A stretch of 34,517 nt of DNA from a virus. Lineage: Duplodnaviria; Caudoviricetes. The notes under the pieces were generated by a model. It saw only the letters and a program-made list of their open reading frames with translations, did no database searches and was not told where the DNA came from. The DNA lies in IMG/VR virus record IMGVR_UViG_3300037851_000677, positions 1-34,517 of that record; one strand, 5' to 3'. Position 1 is the stretch's first letter. Each line of letters starts with the position of its first letter. A program made the translations under genes and the position numbers. Positions 7,787-15,365 of the stretch are shown one piece after another.

Positions 7787-8202
7787 GCCGTGGCCTTTCC
7801 GCGCGCCAGGCGCTTGTAGTTCGGCCGGCGACGCTTGCGCCGGGCGCGGCCGAGATCGCTGCGATCAGTCCAGGCGGCTTCACCGGTCGCGACCGAGAGC
7901 AGGAACCGGCGCGCTTCTGCGAGACCGGACTGGCCGTCGAGTGCGATCAGGTCGAAATGGGGCGGAGCATAGGGCGCAGACTTGGGCCGGTAGTGATTGG
8001 CCACCCGCAGGCACCATTCCCTGCCTTGGCAGTCGAAAATATGGAGGTAGCGCGATAGCTGCGCGCCGCCCGCCCGGGAAACACGGATCACGCCGATACG
8101 AAGCCGGAAATTGCGAGCCTCGGCAGCAATCTCAACGGCGAGCTGGGCAATGTTGCCCGGCCCGTTCCGCGAACTTCCGACCACCCTGCGAACGCTGTCC
8201 AT
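7783..8202 (-). CDS. Hypothetical basic protein between terS and terL
   Basis: ATG 8202 with SD GGAGG; stop overlaps the terL start. Confidence 0.7.
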   Translation of the reverse strand: MDSVRRVVGSSRNGPGNIAQLAVEIAAEARNFRLRIGVIRVSRAGGAQLSRYLHIFDCQGREWCLRVANHYRPKSAPYAPPHFDLIALDGQSGLAEARRFLLSVATGEAAWTDRSDLGRARRKRRRPNYKRLARGKATA

Positions 8203-8218
8203 TTCGCCTCCTTCGCGC

Positions 8219-8758
8219 TCAGCTGATGCCGAGCAGCTCTCGCTTGATCGCGGCCAGGGTTTCAGGGGTGGCACCGGCCCCGCGGGCTGCCCGTTCGGCA
8301 TCCTTGGCGGCTTCGGCGCGGGCGGACTTTCGTTCTTCCTCGCGGATCTTCGCTTCGCGGTCGGTGTCGATCTTGGCCGCCCCCGTGATGTCTTTGATCG
8401 AACGGGCGAAACGGCTCAGCTCGAGGCCATCCAGATCGACCTCCTCGCCGCTGGCGATCGGCATGACGGCACGGGTCATGATGCTGGTGAAGAGCTGGAT
8501 GAGCAGCTTCTGCTGGGCATTGTCGGCGTCGCCGAACTCGCCCGCGAACGACCGTGCGACGCTGGAGAGGTCACGCTGGTGCGAGGCCATCTCGCGGTAG
8601 TCCTTGGTGTAACGGCCAACCGCTGCGCGGGACCGTTCCTGCCCGGCTTCGCCAAGCAGGGCGACGATCTCGTCGATGGTGCTGCCGGCCTTTATGGCGG
8701 CATGGACTGCGTCGAGGACCGGCTGCGGCAAGGTCTTGATGGAAGAGCGGCCACCCAT
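8219..8758 (-). CDS. Mu gp27-like (DUF3486) putative terminase small subunit
   Basis: GRSSIKTLP...TIDEI...SRAAVGRY N-terminus and IKRELLGI C-terminus; position upstream of terL. Confidence 0.85.
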   Translation of the reverse strand: MGGRSSIKTLPQPVLDAVHAAIKAGSTIDEIVALLGEAGQERSRAAVGRYTKDYREMASHQRDLSSVARSFAGEFGDADNAQQKLLIQLFTSIMTRAVMPIASGEEVDLDGLELSRFARSIKDITGAAKIDTDREAKIREEERKSARAEAAKDAERAARGAGATPETLAAIKRELLGIS

Positions 8759-8760
8759 CG

Positions 8761-9054
8761 TCAGCGCCCCGTCCGGTGGCGGTAGACGCCAGCCAGGTAA
8801 AGCTTGCCATCGGACACGTCGATCCCGTCCGGCGTGATCTCGCCGCAGGTAAAGGGGCCGACTTCCTCCAGCTCGACCAGTCCGCCCTGCGAGAGCCAGG
8901 CCAGTTCCTCAGTCACGTCGCGGCGCGCGACGCGGTGGCCCAGATTGCCGAGCAGGCGGGCGATCACGTCGTCGCTCTGCTGCCCGCCAATATCGTTGAG
9001 GAGGTCGAGAATGGCACGGCGGACCACCGGCCGGATGACTTCGGGCAGGCTCAT
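8761..9054 (-). CDS. Mu gp26-like winged-helix protein
   Basis: RRAILDLL...ELAWLSQGGLV...ITPDGIDV..G...AGV; synteny gp25-gp26-gp27. Confidence 0.8.
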   Translation of the reverse strand: MSLPEVIRPVVRRAILDLLNDIGGQQSDDVIARLLGNLGHRVARRDVTEELAWLSQGGLVELEEVGPFTCGEITPDGIDVSDGKLYLAGVYRHRTGR

Positions 9055-9470
9055 TTGATCTGCTTCTCGATCAGGGTGTGAAGATAGCTGTTGGTGGTCT
9101 CGATCTGCTTGCTGAGAGCTTCCAGTCCGGCTTCGAGATGGCCGACCCGCTCGGCCACCTTGCCGATGTCCTTCGACAGCTCTACCCTGCTTGGTGCTCG
9201 ATGCAGATCTGCCTCGATTGCATTGAGCCGCTGCTCCGATGCAATCTGGCGATCGGAGTTGGTGGTCGTCTGGCCGCGCAGATCGGAGATCTCGACAGCG
9301 AACTTGGCAACGACATCGACCAGCGCCTTTTCGCGCTCGCTCTTGAGCTTCTCGAGATCGAGTTTCGTGGGGAACTGCAGTCTGAGCCAGGCGAAACCGC
9401 CAGCCAGGACAAGAGGGGTGATCCCTGCCATGACCGGCCAGATCGAGCGTAGGATTTCGAGCCAGCTCAT
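9051..9470 (-). CDS. Mu gp25-like (DUF2730-like) membrane-anchored coiled-coil protein
   Basis: N-terminal hydrophobic helix, coiled coil, C-terminal YLHTLIEK; first gene of the leftward late operon. Confidence 0.75.
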   Translation of the reverse strand: MSWLEILRSIWPVMAGITPLVLAGGFAWLRLQFPTKLDLEKLKSEREKALVDVVAKFAVEISDLRGQTTTNSDRQIASEQRLNAIEADLHRAPSRVELSKDIGKVAERVGHLEAGLEALSKQIETTNSYLHTLIEKQIK

Positions 9471-9568
9471 CCCCCGGGGCCCTCTGCCATGTATCGTCCG
9501 CGAAAGATCATTTTTGCTACCCTGCACAAGCGATTGAACGAGGCTTGCAGGGGTAGGGAAAAGGGGTG

Positions 9569-9606
9569 TCCCGATCAGGGGTGAGAGGGCTTACCCCTGA
9601 TCGGGA
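9569..9606 (-). promoter_or_regulatory. Long inverted repeat containing the GGGGTAAG-N4-CTCACCCC box (putative late activator site and/or terminator)
   Basis: 17-bp arms with one mismatch; the core at 9578-9597 on - matches 22207-22226 on +. Confidence 0.6.
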
Positions 9607-10094
9607 TGCGGGGTCCGCTCGAACATGTCGATCTGGCGGTCGTCGCCGCGGCGCGGCCGGCGCAAGGGAACGGCACCGCTGGCCTCTGCGGTCCGGTTGA
9701 CCAGCTCCGACACATAGGTCCGGGCAGTGCCGAGGATCTTGGCCGCTTCGCGCACGGTCATATCACCGGCGCGGACAGAGGCAAGGACCGGAGCACGCCG
9801 CGCCTCGCTCAGCACGGCCCGGCCGACCGGCAATTCCAGCTCGTTGCCGCCGTAGACCTGCGCCATGACACGGACGAGGCGGGCGTCGAGCACGTCGCGG
9901 AAGGGGCTGCGCTCCGGGTCGATCGGCACGCGCACCTGCTGACCGCCCCTGGCGTCGATCAGCCGCAGGGTGTGATATGCCCCGATGTGGTCGGCCATCT
10001 CGACCATCTGCGGAGGCCACTTGCGGGTGACCTTCGCGTCTGCCGGGATCGGCAGATCGGCCAAGGTCATGCCGGGGCGGTATTCTGCAGTCAC
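9591..10094 (-). CDS. Mor/C-family-like late transcription activator
   Basis: WPPQMVEMADHIG...RGGQQVRVP...YGGNELELP plus C-terminal HTH; follows gemA with GTGA overlap. Confidence 0.75.
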   Translation of the reverse strand: MTAEYRPGMTLADLPIPADAKVTRKWPPQMVEMADHIGAYHTLRLIDARGGQQVRVPIDPERSPFRDVLDARLVRVMAQVYGGNELELPVGRAVLSEARRAPVLASVRAGDMTVREAAKILGTARTYVSELVNRTAEASGAVPLRRPRRGDDRQIDMFERTPHPDQG

Positions 10095-10795
10095 TCCGCC
10101 TGCTCCTTCGCCGCCCGAGGCCATTCGGCGCGCCATTTCTTGCCGAGGAAGCGGATCACGTCGTCGAGCTGGCGGTTGGTCCAGTTGAGCGACTGTTCGG
10201 GCAGACCGAGCGATCGGTCAGCGAGCAGCTCGCTGTTGACGGTCAAGCCAGCATTGTAGAGCTGGCGATGAAGGCGAGAGATGACCGACCAGCGGTCCCA
10301 TTCGGCGCGGCCGCGACCTGGCCAGTGACGCTCCAGCGCGGCAATCTCGGTGTCGCTCTTCCACTCGACACCTTCCCGCTCGAGCCACTGCTTGAGCCCT
10401 TCGATCACGGAGAAGGACTGGCGGCTGTCGAGGAAGCGCAGGGCCGCGACGCCGGTCTGGCGCTTGACGAAGGCCGAGAGCGCCTTTTCACCGGGCTCCT
10501 CGATCACGCCGAGCCAGTAGAGGCTCCACCACAGGGCCTTGATCTTGGCGAGATGCGGCCTCTGCGGATTGGTGCCCTGCCAGTCCCGGTTGAGATGGTC
10601 GAGGAGCCGGGAGAGCTGGGCGTCGTCCATTTGTGCCATCGAAGCGATGCCGGTGACTTGCTGCTGGATATCCTTGCGCGCCTCGCTGTCGATGCCGCGA
10701 CGGCGGCAGGCGGCGAACACCGCGCGCATCTTGCGATTGCGCGGATCGTCACCGCCAGATGCATGGCGGCGGTGGGATGAGGCCGTCCTAGTCAT
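10091..10795 (-). CDS. gemA: GemA (Mu gp16/DUF1018) regulatory protein
   Basis: KIKALWWSL...ALSAFVKRQTG..ALRFL...VIEGLKQW. Confidence 0.88.
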   Translation of the reverse strand: MTRTASSHRRHASGGDDPRNRKMRAVFAACRRRGIDSEARKDIQQQVTGIASMAQMDDAQLSRLLDHLNRDWQGTNPQRPHLAKIKALWWSLYWLGVIEEPGEKALSAFVKRQTGVAALRFLDSRQSFSVIEGLKQWLEREGVEWKSDTEIAALERHWPGRGRAEWDRWSVISRLHRQLYNAGLTVNSELLADRSLGLPEQSLNWTNRQLDDVIRFLGKKWRAEWPRAAKEQAE

Positions 10796-10946
10796 CGCGG
10801 TTCGAGCTCCAGCGGGCCGCGATCTGCTCCATCAGGCTGGGCACTGTGTTGAGGTCGACCGCGAAGGGCGGACGGCTGCGCGGCTTCGTCTCGAAAGGCC
10901 GACGCGGGCTTGGCAGGGGCGGCTTGGCAGGGGATGTCTCAGCCAT
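10788..10946 (-). CDS. Hypothetical small protein
   Basis: Fills the operon gap with overlaps on both sides. Confidence 0.5.
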   Translation of the reverse strand: MAETSPAKPPLPSPRRPFETKPRSRPPFAVDLNTVPSLMEQIAARWSSNRDD

Positions 10947-11304
10947 GGGATTGCCCCCGCCGCAGTTGCCATACCCGCTTGCCGGTGCGCGGGTCGCGGC
11001 GCAGGCATTCACCGCGCCGCGACCTGGGCGGGCTTGGCAGTTCGGCCAGCCAGCGCTGGATCGTGCTGTTGCCGGCTCGATAATGGGCGGTCAGCTCGTT
11101 GAAGCTCATGCGCCCCGCCTGGAGGGCAAAATCATTCGGCCGCTGGCGCTTCGGCGCTCCGGTCATTGCCTCGCACCAGCCACGCTTCTTGAACGCGGTG
11201 ATCTGGCTGGGCTGGAGGCCGAGGATCGCGGCAACGTCCTGCAGGTCGTGCCACTGCGACAGCAGCCGCGCGCGGTCGACGAGCGATTGGGGATGCGCCC
11301 TCAT
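10939..11304 (-). CDS. Hypothetical protein with HTH-like segments
   Basis: DVAAILGL and ELTAHYRAGNSTIQRW; ATGA coupling. Confidence 0.65.
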   Translation of the reverse strand: MRAHPQSLVDRARLLSQWHDLQDVAAILGLQPSQITAFKKRGWCEAMTGAPKRQRPNDFALQAGRMSFNELTAHYRAGNSTIQRWLAELPSPPRSRRGECLRRDPRTGKRVWQLRRGQSHG

Positions 11305-11534
11305 TGGCCGCCCCTTTTGCCGAGTTCATCCTTTCGCCGCTGCAAAAGCAGGGCACTGGCAGTTGCCATTTTGCGCCGGTACGCGAGATCGTGACGCGGA
11401 TCGTCATCGTACATCGAGCAGATCCGGCTGACCGCGGCATGGGCGATGCCAAGTTCCTTGGCGATCTGTTTGGGCGTCAGAGCCCTATCGCGCAGAGCCA
11501 TGACCTTGGTTTCCTGAGGCGTGAGGCCGCTCAT
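11301..11534 (-). CDS. Small HTH protein
   Basis: MSGLTPQETKVMAL...TPKQIAKELGIAHAAVSRI; ATGA overlaps. Confidence 0.7.
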   Translation of the reverse strand: MSGLTPQETKVMALRDRALTPKQIAKELGIAHAAVSRICSMYDDDPRHDLAYRRKMATASALLLQRRKDELGKRGGQ

Positions 11535-11686
11535 TGCCCTCGCTCCCTCGACTGGCGAAGTTTGGCCTGCAAAGCGCGCCAGGCGTTGACGGCACGGATT
11601 CCGCTGTCGGCGATGCTGACAGCGAGGCTGAATGCCACCACGAGGAGGAAGCCGCTCAAGGCCCCGTCGATAAAGGCGGCGCTCAT
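11531..11686 (-). CDS. Small membrane peptide (51 aa)
   Basis: Hand translation MSAAFIDGALSGFLLVVAFSLAVSIADSG...; ATGA overlaps at both ends; not in the ORF track. Confidence 0.65.
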   Translation of the reverse strand: MSAAFIDGALSGFLLVVAFSLAVSIADSGIRAVNAWRALQAKLRQSRERGQ

Positions 11687-11973
11687 TGCGCGATCCTTTC
11701 GGCGTCATCGCGGCGCTGGAGTTCGGCCAGCAGGTGGCTCGTCGGCACGGTCTGGAGCTTGATCCGGTCAGCCTCGACCGGGATGTAGCAGCCGGACTTC
11801 TCGCCGGTCTTCCGCAGGAAGCCGTAGTCGGTCAGAGCGGTGAGGCGCGCGTGGGTGCTGCTGCCGGATTTCTCGCCGAATTCGGCATTGATCTGCCGCA
11901 CGGTCGGCCCCCGGCCGTGTTCGGCGAAATAGGCGCGGATGAACTCCAGCGTTGCCTGCTGTTTCGGGGTCAT
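11683..11973 (-). CDS. Stand-alone LexA-type N-terminal DNA-binding domain protein
   Basis: MTPKQQATLEFIRAY..EHGRGPTVRQI..FG.KS.S.TH..L.AL...GFL; no S24 domain. Confidence 0.8.
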   Translation of the reverse strand: MTPKQQATLEFIRAYFAEHGRGPTVRQINAEFGEKSGSSTHARLTALTDYGFLRKTGEKSGCYIPVEADRIKLQTVPTSHLLAELQRRDDAERIAQ

Positions 11974-12182
11974 TGTTCATCTCCCAGGGGATGGCAGCGC
12001 GAGGCGGGAAACCAATGGAGGGGCCATGGCTCGCCATCGCGATCGACGCCGCGGCGCAGGATCGCGGCTTCGTCGCTGCGGTCGAACCAATGGGTCAGAG
12101 CGACCAGGACACCTTCGATCCCGGTGGCGCTGTCGATGACGTTGCTGCCAAGGCGCAGCGTAGAGGTGGCCTGCACGTCCAT
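11970..12182 (-). CDS. Hypothetical protein
   Basis: 70 aa, coupled within the early operon. Confidence 0.65.
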   Translation of the reverse strand: MDVQATSTLRLGSNVIDSATGIEGVLVALTHWFDRSDEAAILRRGVDRDGEPWPLHWFPASRCHPLGDEQ

Positions 12183-12496
12183 CAGTGAACCACCTGCCCG
12201 GCCTTCTGCCGGAGCTGGTCGTTCTGCCAGAGCACCGCGTCGGCGAGTGCGTGGCAGAATTTGTCAGCCTCTGCCGCGTCAAGCGAGAGGGCGATCTGGA
12301 CGCGGCCGAAGACCAGGGTGACCGCGACTGTCGGATCGCCGGGTGCTGCAACCCTGGCGACGCCTACGGCCATCTGCTGACCGTGTTCATCGACTGGCGC
12401 GCCGGGAACTGCGGGAGCAGTGGAGGCGGCAATCCGGGCAGGAAGCACAGTGATTTCGCTGGCGTTGAGTTTCACCAGTTGGACCGGCGGCATCAT
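12182..12496 (-). CDS. Hypothetical protein
   Basis: 104 aa, coupled within the early operon. Confidence 0.65.
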   Translation of the reverse strand: MMPPVQLVKLNASEITVLPARIAASTAPAVPGAPVDEHGQQMAVGVARVAAPGDPTVAVTLVFGRVQIALSLDAAEADKFCHALADAVLWQNDQLRQKAGQVVH

Positions 12497-12669
12497 GACG
12501 ACTCTCCCCGCATCGCTGCCTCGAGGCGGTCAGCTTCGGCCTCGATCAGATCTGCGGCCTCGCGCAGTTTCTTGGCGGCGGTGCGCGGCGCGCCGTCGTC
12601 AAAGTAGATGGCGCTGAGTTCGATGAGCTCTCCGACGCGATCGGTCAGAGGCAATGCTGCGGTGGTCAT
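12493..12669 (-). CDS. Hypothetical helical protein (58 aa)
   Basis: Hand translation MTTAALPLTDRVGELIELSAIYFDDGAPRTAAKKLREAADL...; ATGA overlaps at both ends; not in the ORF track. Confidence 0.65.
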   Translation of the reverse strand: MTTAALPLTDRVGELIELSAIYFDDGAPRTAAKKLREAADLIEAEADRLEAAMRGESS

Positions 12670-13301
12670 GCTGCGTCTCCTTCGCTTTCGACATCGACCG
12701 CCTCGGTGCCCTCGGGCTGCTTGGCGATGCGATCGATGAAGAATTCGTCCTTCTGGGTGACTGATGCGCCGATGTCGGCGAGCGCTTCGCCAAGCGCGTT
12801 CTGTTCGATGAACTCGAGGTGCTCGGCGTTGCTGCCGTCGAAAGCAGGTGGCTCCCGATCAAGGGTGCGCAGGGCCTTGATGCAGGCCGGCTTGTCCACT
12901 GTGTGCTTGGTCCGGATGAGTGAGACCAGCTTGCGCCCCAGCAGCCAGTTGGTGAAACCGTCGAGGGTCAGACCCTTGGGCAGTGCCAGCGCGGGGGTCG
13001 AGGTGCGCTCGCCAATCTGCGCGCCGGCAAGCTCGATCGACTTGCGCTTGCCGTCGGTCAGCTCGTCCCGGTTTGCGGCCCACCATGGGCGGAGCTGGCG
13101 GAAGATCGCCTTGGCTTCTTCCTCCTTGGGCAGAATGGCCTTCGCGCGATCGGCGATGATCCTGTCAACCGCGACCTGGGCGGCGTTCCTCTCCACGTCG
13201 ATCATGTCGAGCAGGTAGATGTAACGCTCGGCCAGCGCGGTCGCTTCTTCGAGGTTCTGCGGCGCTTCCTGGCGCGGGGCTTTCTTGCGGGCGCGGGCCA
13301 T
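12666..13301 (-). CDS. gam: Host-nuclease inhibitor Gam (Mu type)
   Basis: WWAANRDELTDGKRKSIEL..AQIGERTSTP...LIRTKHTVDK...QKDEFFI; ATG 13301. Confidence 0.88.
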   Translation of the reverse strand: MARARKKAPRQEAPQNLEEATALAERYIYLLDMIDVERNAAQVAVDRIIADRAKAILPKEEEAKAIFRQLRPWWAANRDELTDGKRKSIELAGAQIGERTSTPALALPKGLTLDGFTNWLLGRKLVSLIRTKHTVDKPACIKALRTLDREPPAFDGSNAEHLEFIEQNALGEALADIGASVTQKDEFFIDRIAKQPEGTEAVDVESEGDAA

Positions 13302-13519
13302 TATCGGGTTCCTTCCTTGTGCTCGATGATCGGGGTGTCGGGGCGGACCGGCTCGGCCAGCGGGATCGCGGTGTCGCAGAAGGCGCACTCGGCAGTGACG
13401 CGGCCGACGTTCCAGTTGCAGCCGCCGCAACCCGGGCAGGCATTGGACAGCTCGCGCCGGAACAGGATGACGTAGCCCTGCTGGCTAAGCATCGCCGCGT
13501 GGTCGGCGGGCAGCTTCAT
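13301..13519 (-). CDS. Small Zn-ribbon protein
   Basis: CPGCG..NW.VGRVTAECAFC; coupled on both sides. Confidence 0.75.
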   Translation of the reverse strand: MKLPADHAAMLSQQGYVILFRRELSNACPGCGGCNWNVGRVTAECAFCDTAIPLAEPVRPDTPIIEHKEGTR

Positions 13520-13911
13520 GGTCTGTCCCCTTCGCGGTCGGTGTTGTTGGCGCAGCCACGGCAGACACGGGCGTAGGCGTGATGCATCTGGGTGCGCGGC
13601 GGGGCCTTGCGGCGGCGGTTGCGGATGCAGGCGGCCAGCGGGATCGGGGCCTGCCAGACCGGACACAGCACCTCGTCACAGCCGAGGATCGAGCGGACGA
13701 GCTGCTCGGCCTCTTCGTAACTGCCGGTATAGGTGCGGTTGATGACCCGGCTGATGTATGGGCCTGAACGACCCAACCTGTCGCCGACCTCGCGCTGGCT
13801 GGTCGCGTCGCAGGCGCGTGCCAGCGTGCCGATCCAGAGCGGCATGTCATCGCCCCAGGCGCGCTGCGCCTTGTCGAGATTTCCCAACTCGACGGTAACC
13901 TTAACAGACAT
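13516..13911 (-). CDS. Mu-like early HTH/Cys-cluster protein
   Basis: SQREVGDRLGRSGPYISRVINRTYTG HTH; CPV...C...C..C tail. Confidence 0.8.
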   Translation of the reverse strand: MSVKVTVELGNLDKAQRAWGDDMPLWIGTLARACDATSQREVGDRLGRSGPYISRVINRTYTGSYEEAEQLVRSILGCDEVLCPVWQAPIPLAACIRNRRRKAPPRTQMHHAYARVCRGCANNTDREGDRP

Positions 13912-13913
13912 GG

Positions 13914-14549
13914 TTAACTTACCCCCCCGCCATCAAGGCGGCCTTTTCCCGCAGGAAGTGAGAAATCGACCACGTCGCGCAGGCTCTGGCCGTTGTTGCG
14001 ATCGTCGAGTTCGACAATCGAGCGGCTGCCGTCGTTGCGGCGGCGAATGACCGGATGCCTCGGCCCGGTATTGCGGGCGAGCTTGTAGACGGGCAGGCCA
14101 TCGGGATTGCCCTTGCGGATGGTGAGGTAGCGGAAGCGCAGAAGGCCCCCGAGGAACTCACGCGCGCCCTTCTCGCCCACCTCGGCTGCCATGCACAGCG
14201 TTGGCAGGTCGAACTCCTTGAGCACCCGCATCGCGGCCCACAGGCGCTGCCTGCCCGAGAACTTGGGCACGGTGCAGCGGGCGCGGGCTTCGACGGCGCG
14301 GGGGGGATGGACGCGGGATCGCGCGGCTTCGGTCATCATGAACCTCAAGGGCTGGAGCTGGGTCAGGAGAGCGCCCTGTGCGGTCCAGTTCTCGATCAGC
14401 GAGAAGAACAGCTCGGGCTCGATGTCGGCGGCGTCGAACAGCTCGCCGAGCGAATGGGCCTGCGTGGCGAGGCGAAGTACCCGCCACAACCGGACCTGTG
14501 GTGACCGCGGCGGCGGGCCGTCGGCATGGAGGAGAGCGGCCGAGGCCAT
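13914..14549 (-). CDS. Mu-like early winged-helix protein downstream of B
   Basis: RQRLWAAMRVLKEF...YKLARNTGP; TGATG overlap with the B stop. Confidence 0.75.
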   Translation of the reverse strand: MASAALLHADGPPPRSPQVRLWRVLRLATQAHSLGELFDAADIEPELFFSLIENWTAQGALLTQLQPLRFMMTEAARSRVHPPRAVEARARCTVPKFSGRQRLWAAMRVLKEFDLPTLCMAAEVGEKGAREFLGGLLRFRYLTIRKGNPDGLPVYKLARNTGPRHPVIRRRNDGSRSIVELDDRNNGQSLRDVVDFSLPAGKGRLDGGGVS

Positions 14550-15325
14550 CAGCCCTGCCCTCCAGCGCGGCGGCGAGGCGGCAGCGAACCGTTCTCGACA
14601 CGGCGGTTGCCCCACCAGGCCAGATCGATCGACATGCGGCCCTCGTCGATCGCGAGGCTCTGGGCGCGTTCCAGATTGGTGACGATGCGGCGGGTGACCC
14701 CGGCGCAGGAGCGGCGAAACTCCAGCACGAGGTCATCCGCCACGCTTACGCCGCGGCGGCGGTAGCAATCGCGCAGCTTGAGGGCGTCCTCGTCGCTGGC
14801 AGGCTGGGCTGCGGTGTGGATGAGAATGCGGTTGTCGAACCGCTCCCACTCCTTGAGCTTGGCAGGCAGCGCTTCCTCGCCGATCATCAGGATCGCAACC
14901 GAAGTGGCGTCGTGAATGTCGCGGATAATATCGACCATCTGCTTCTTTACCAGGTAGTCCATCTCGTCGATGATGAGCGGTCGCGGATGCTGGTTGAGGT
15001 GGTCGATCAGCTGATCGAGGATTCGCGGCCCCGTTTTCTCGACGCGGGTGATGCCAAGCGCCTCGGCCAGCGCGGCAAGCAGGCTGCGCTGGGTCCAGAT
15101 CGACTTGGCCTCAACCGCGCCAGCATCGAAGCGGGCAGCAACGAAGGCTGCTGCGACGCTCTTGCCGTAACCACTGGGTCCATAGAGGACGCCGAGGCGG
15201 GGCATGCTCTCGCCCGCATTCACGCAGTCAAGCATGGTCTGATAGGCCAGCGACATGTTGGCGAGATGCGCTCTCCCGACGGGGGAACCCCGTTCGGCGG
15301 CGGGCGGTGAGATGATGTGCTCCAT
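14549..15325 (-). CDS. Transposition ATPase (MuB-like)
   Basis: Walker A GPSGYGKS, Walker B LIIDEMD, ILMIGEE; ATG 15325 with SD AAGGA. Confidence 0.93.
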   Translation of the reverse strand: MEHIISPPAAERGSPVGRAHLANMSLAYQTMLDCVNAGESMPRLGVLYGPSGYGKSVAAAFVAARFDAGAVEAKSIWTQRSLLAALAEALGITRVEKTGPRILDQLIDHLNQHPRPLIIDEMDYLVKKQMVDIIRDIHDATSVAILMIGEEALPAKLKEWERFDNRILIHTAAQPASDEDALKLRDCYRRRGVSVADDLVLEFRRSCAGVTRRIVTNLERAQSLAIDEGRMSIDLAWWGNRRVENGSLPPRRRAGGQG

Positions 15326-15365
15326 GATTGCGTCCTTCCAGTTGCAAAGCGTGTTCAGGCGGGTT

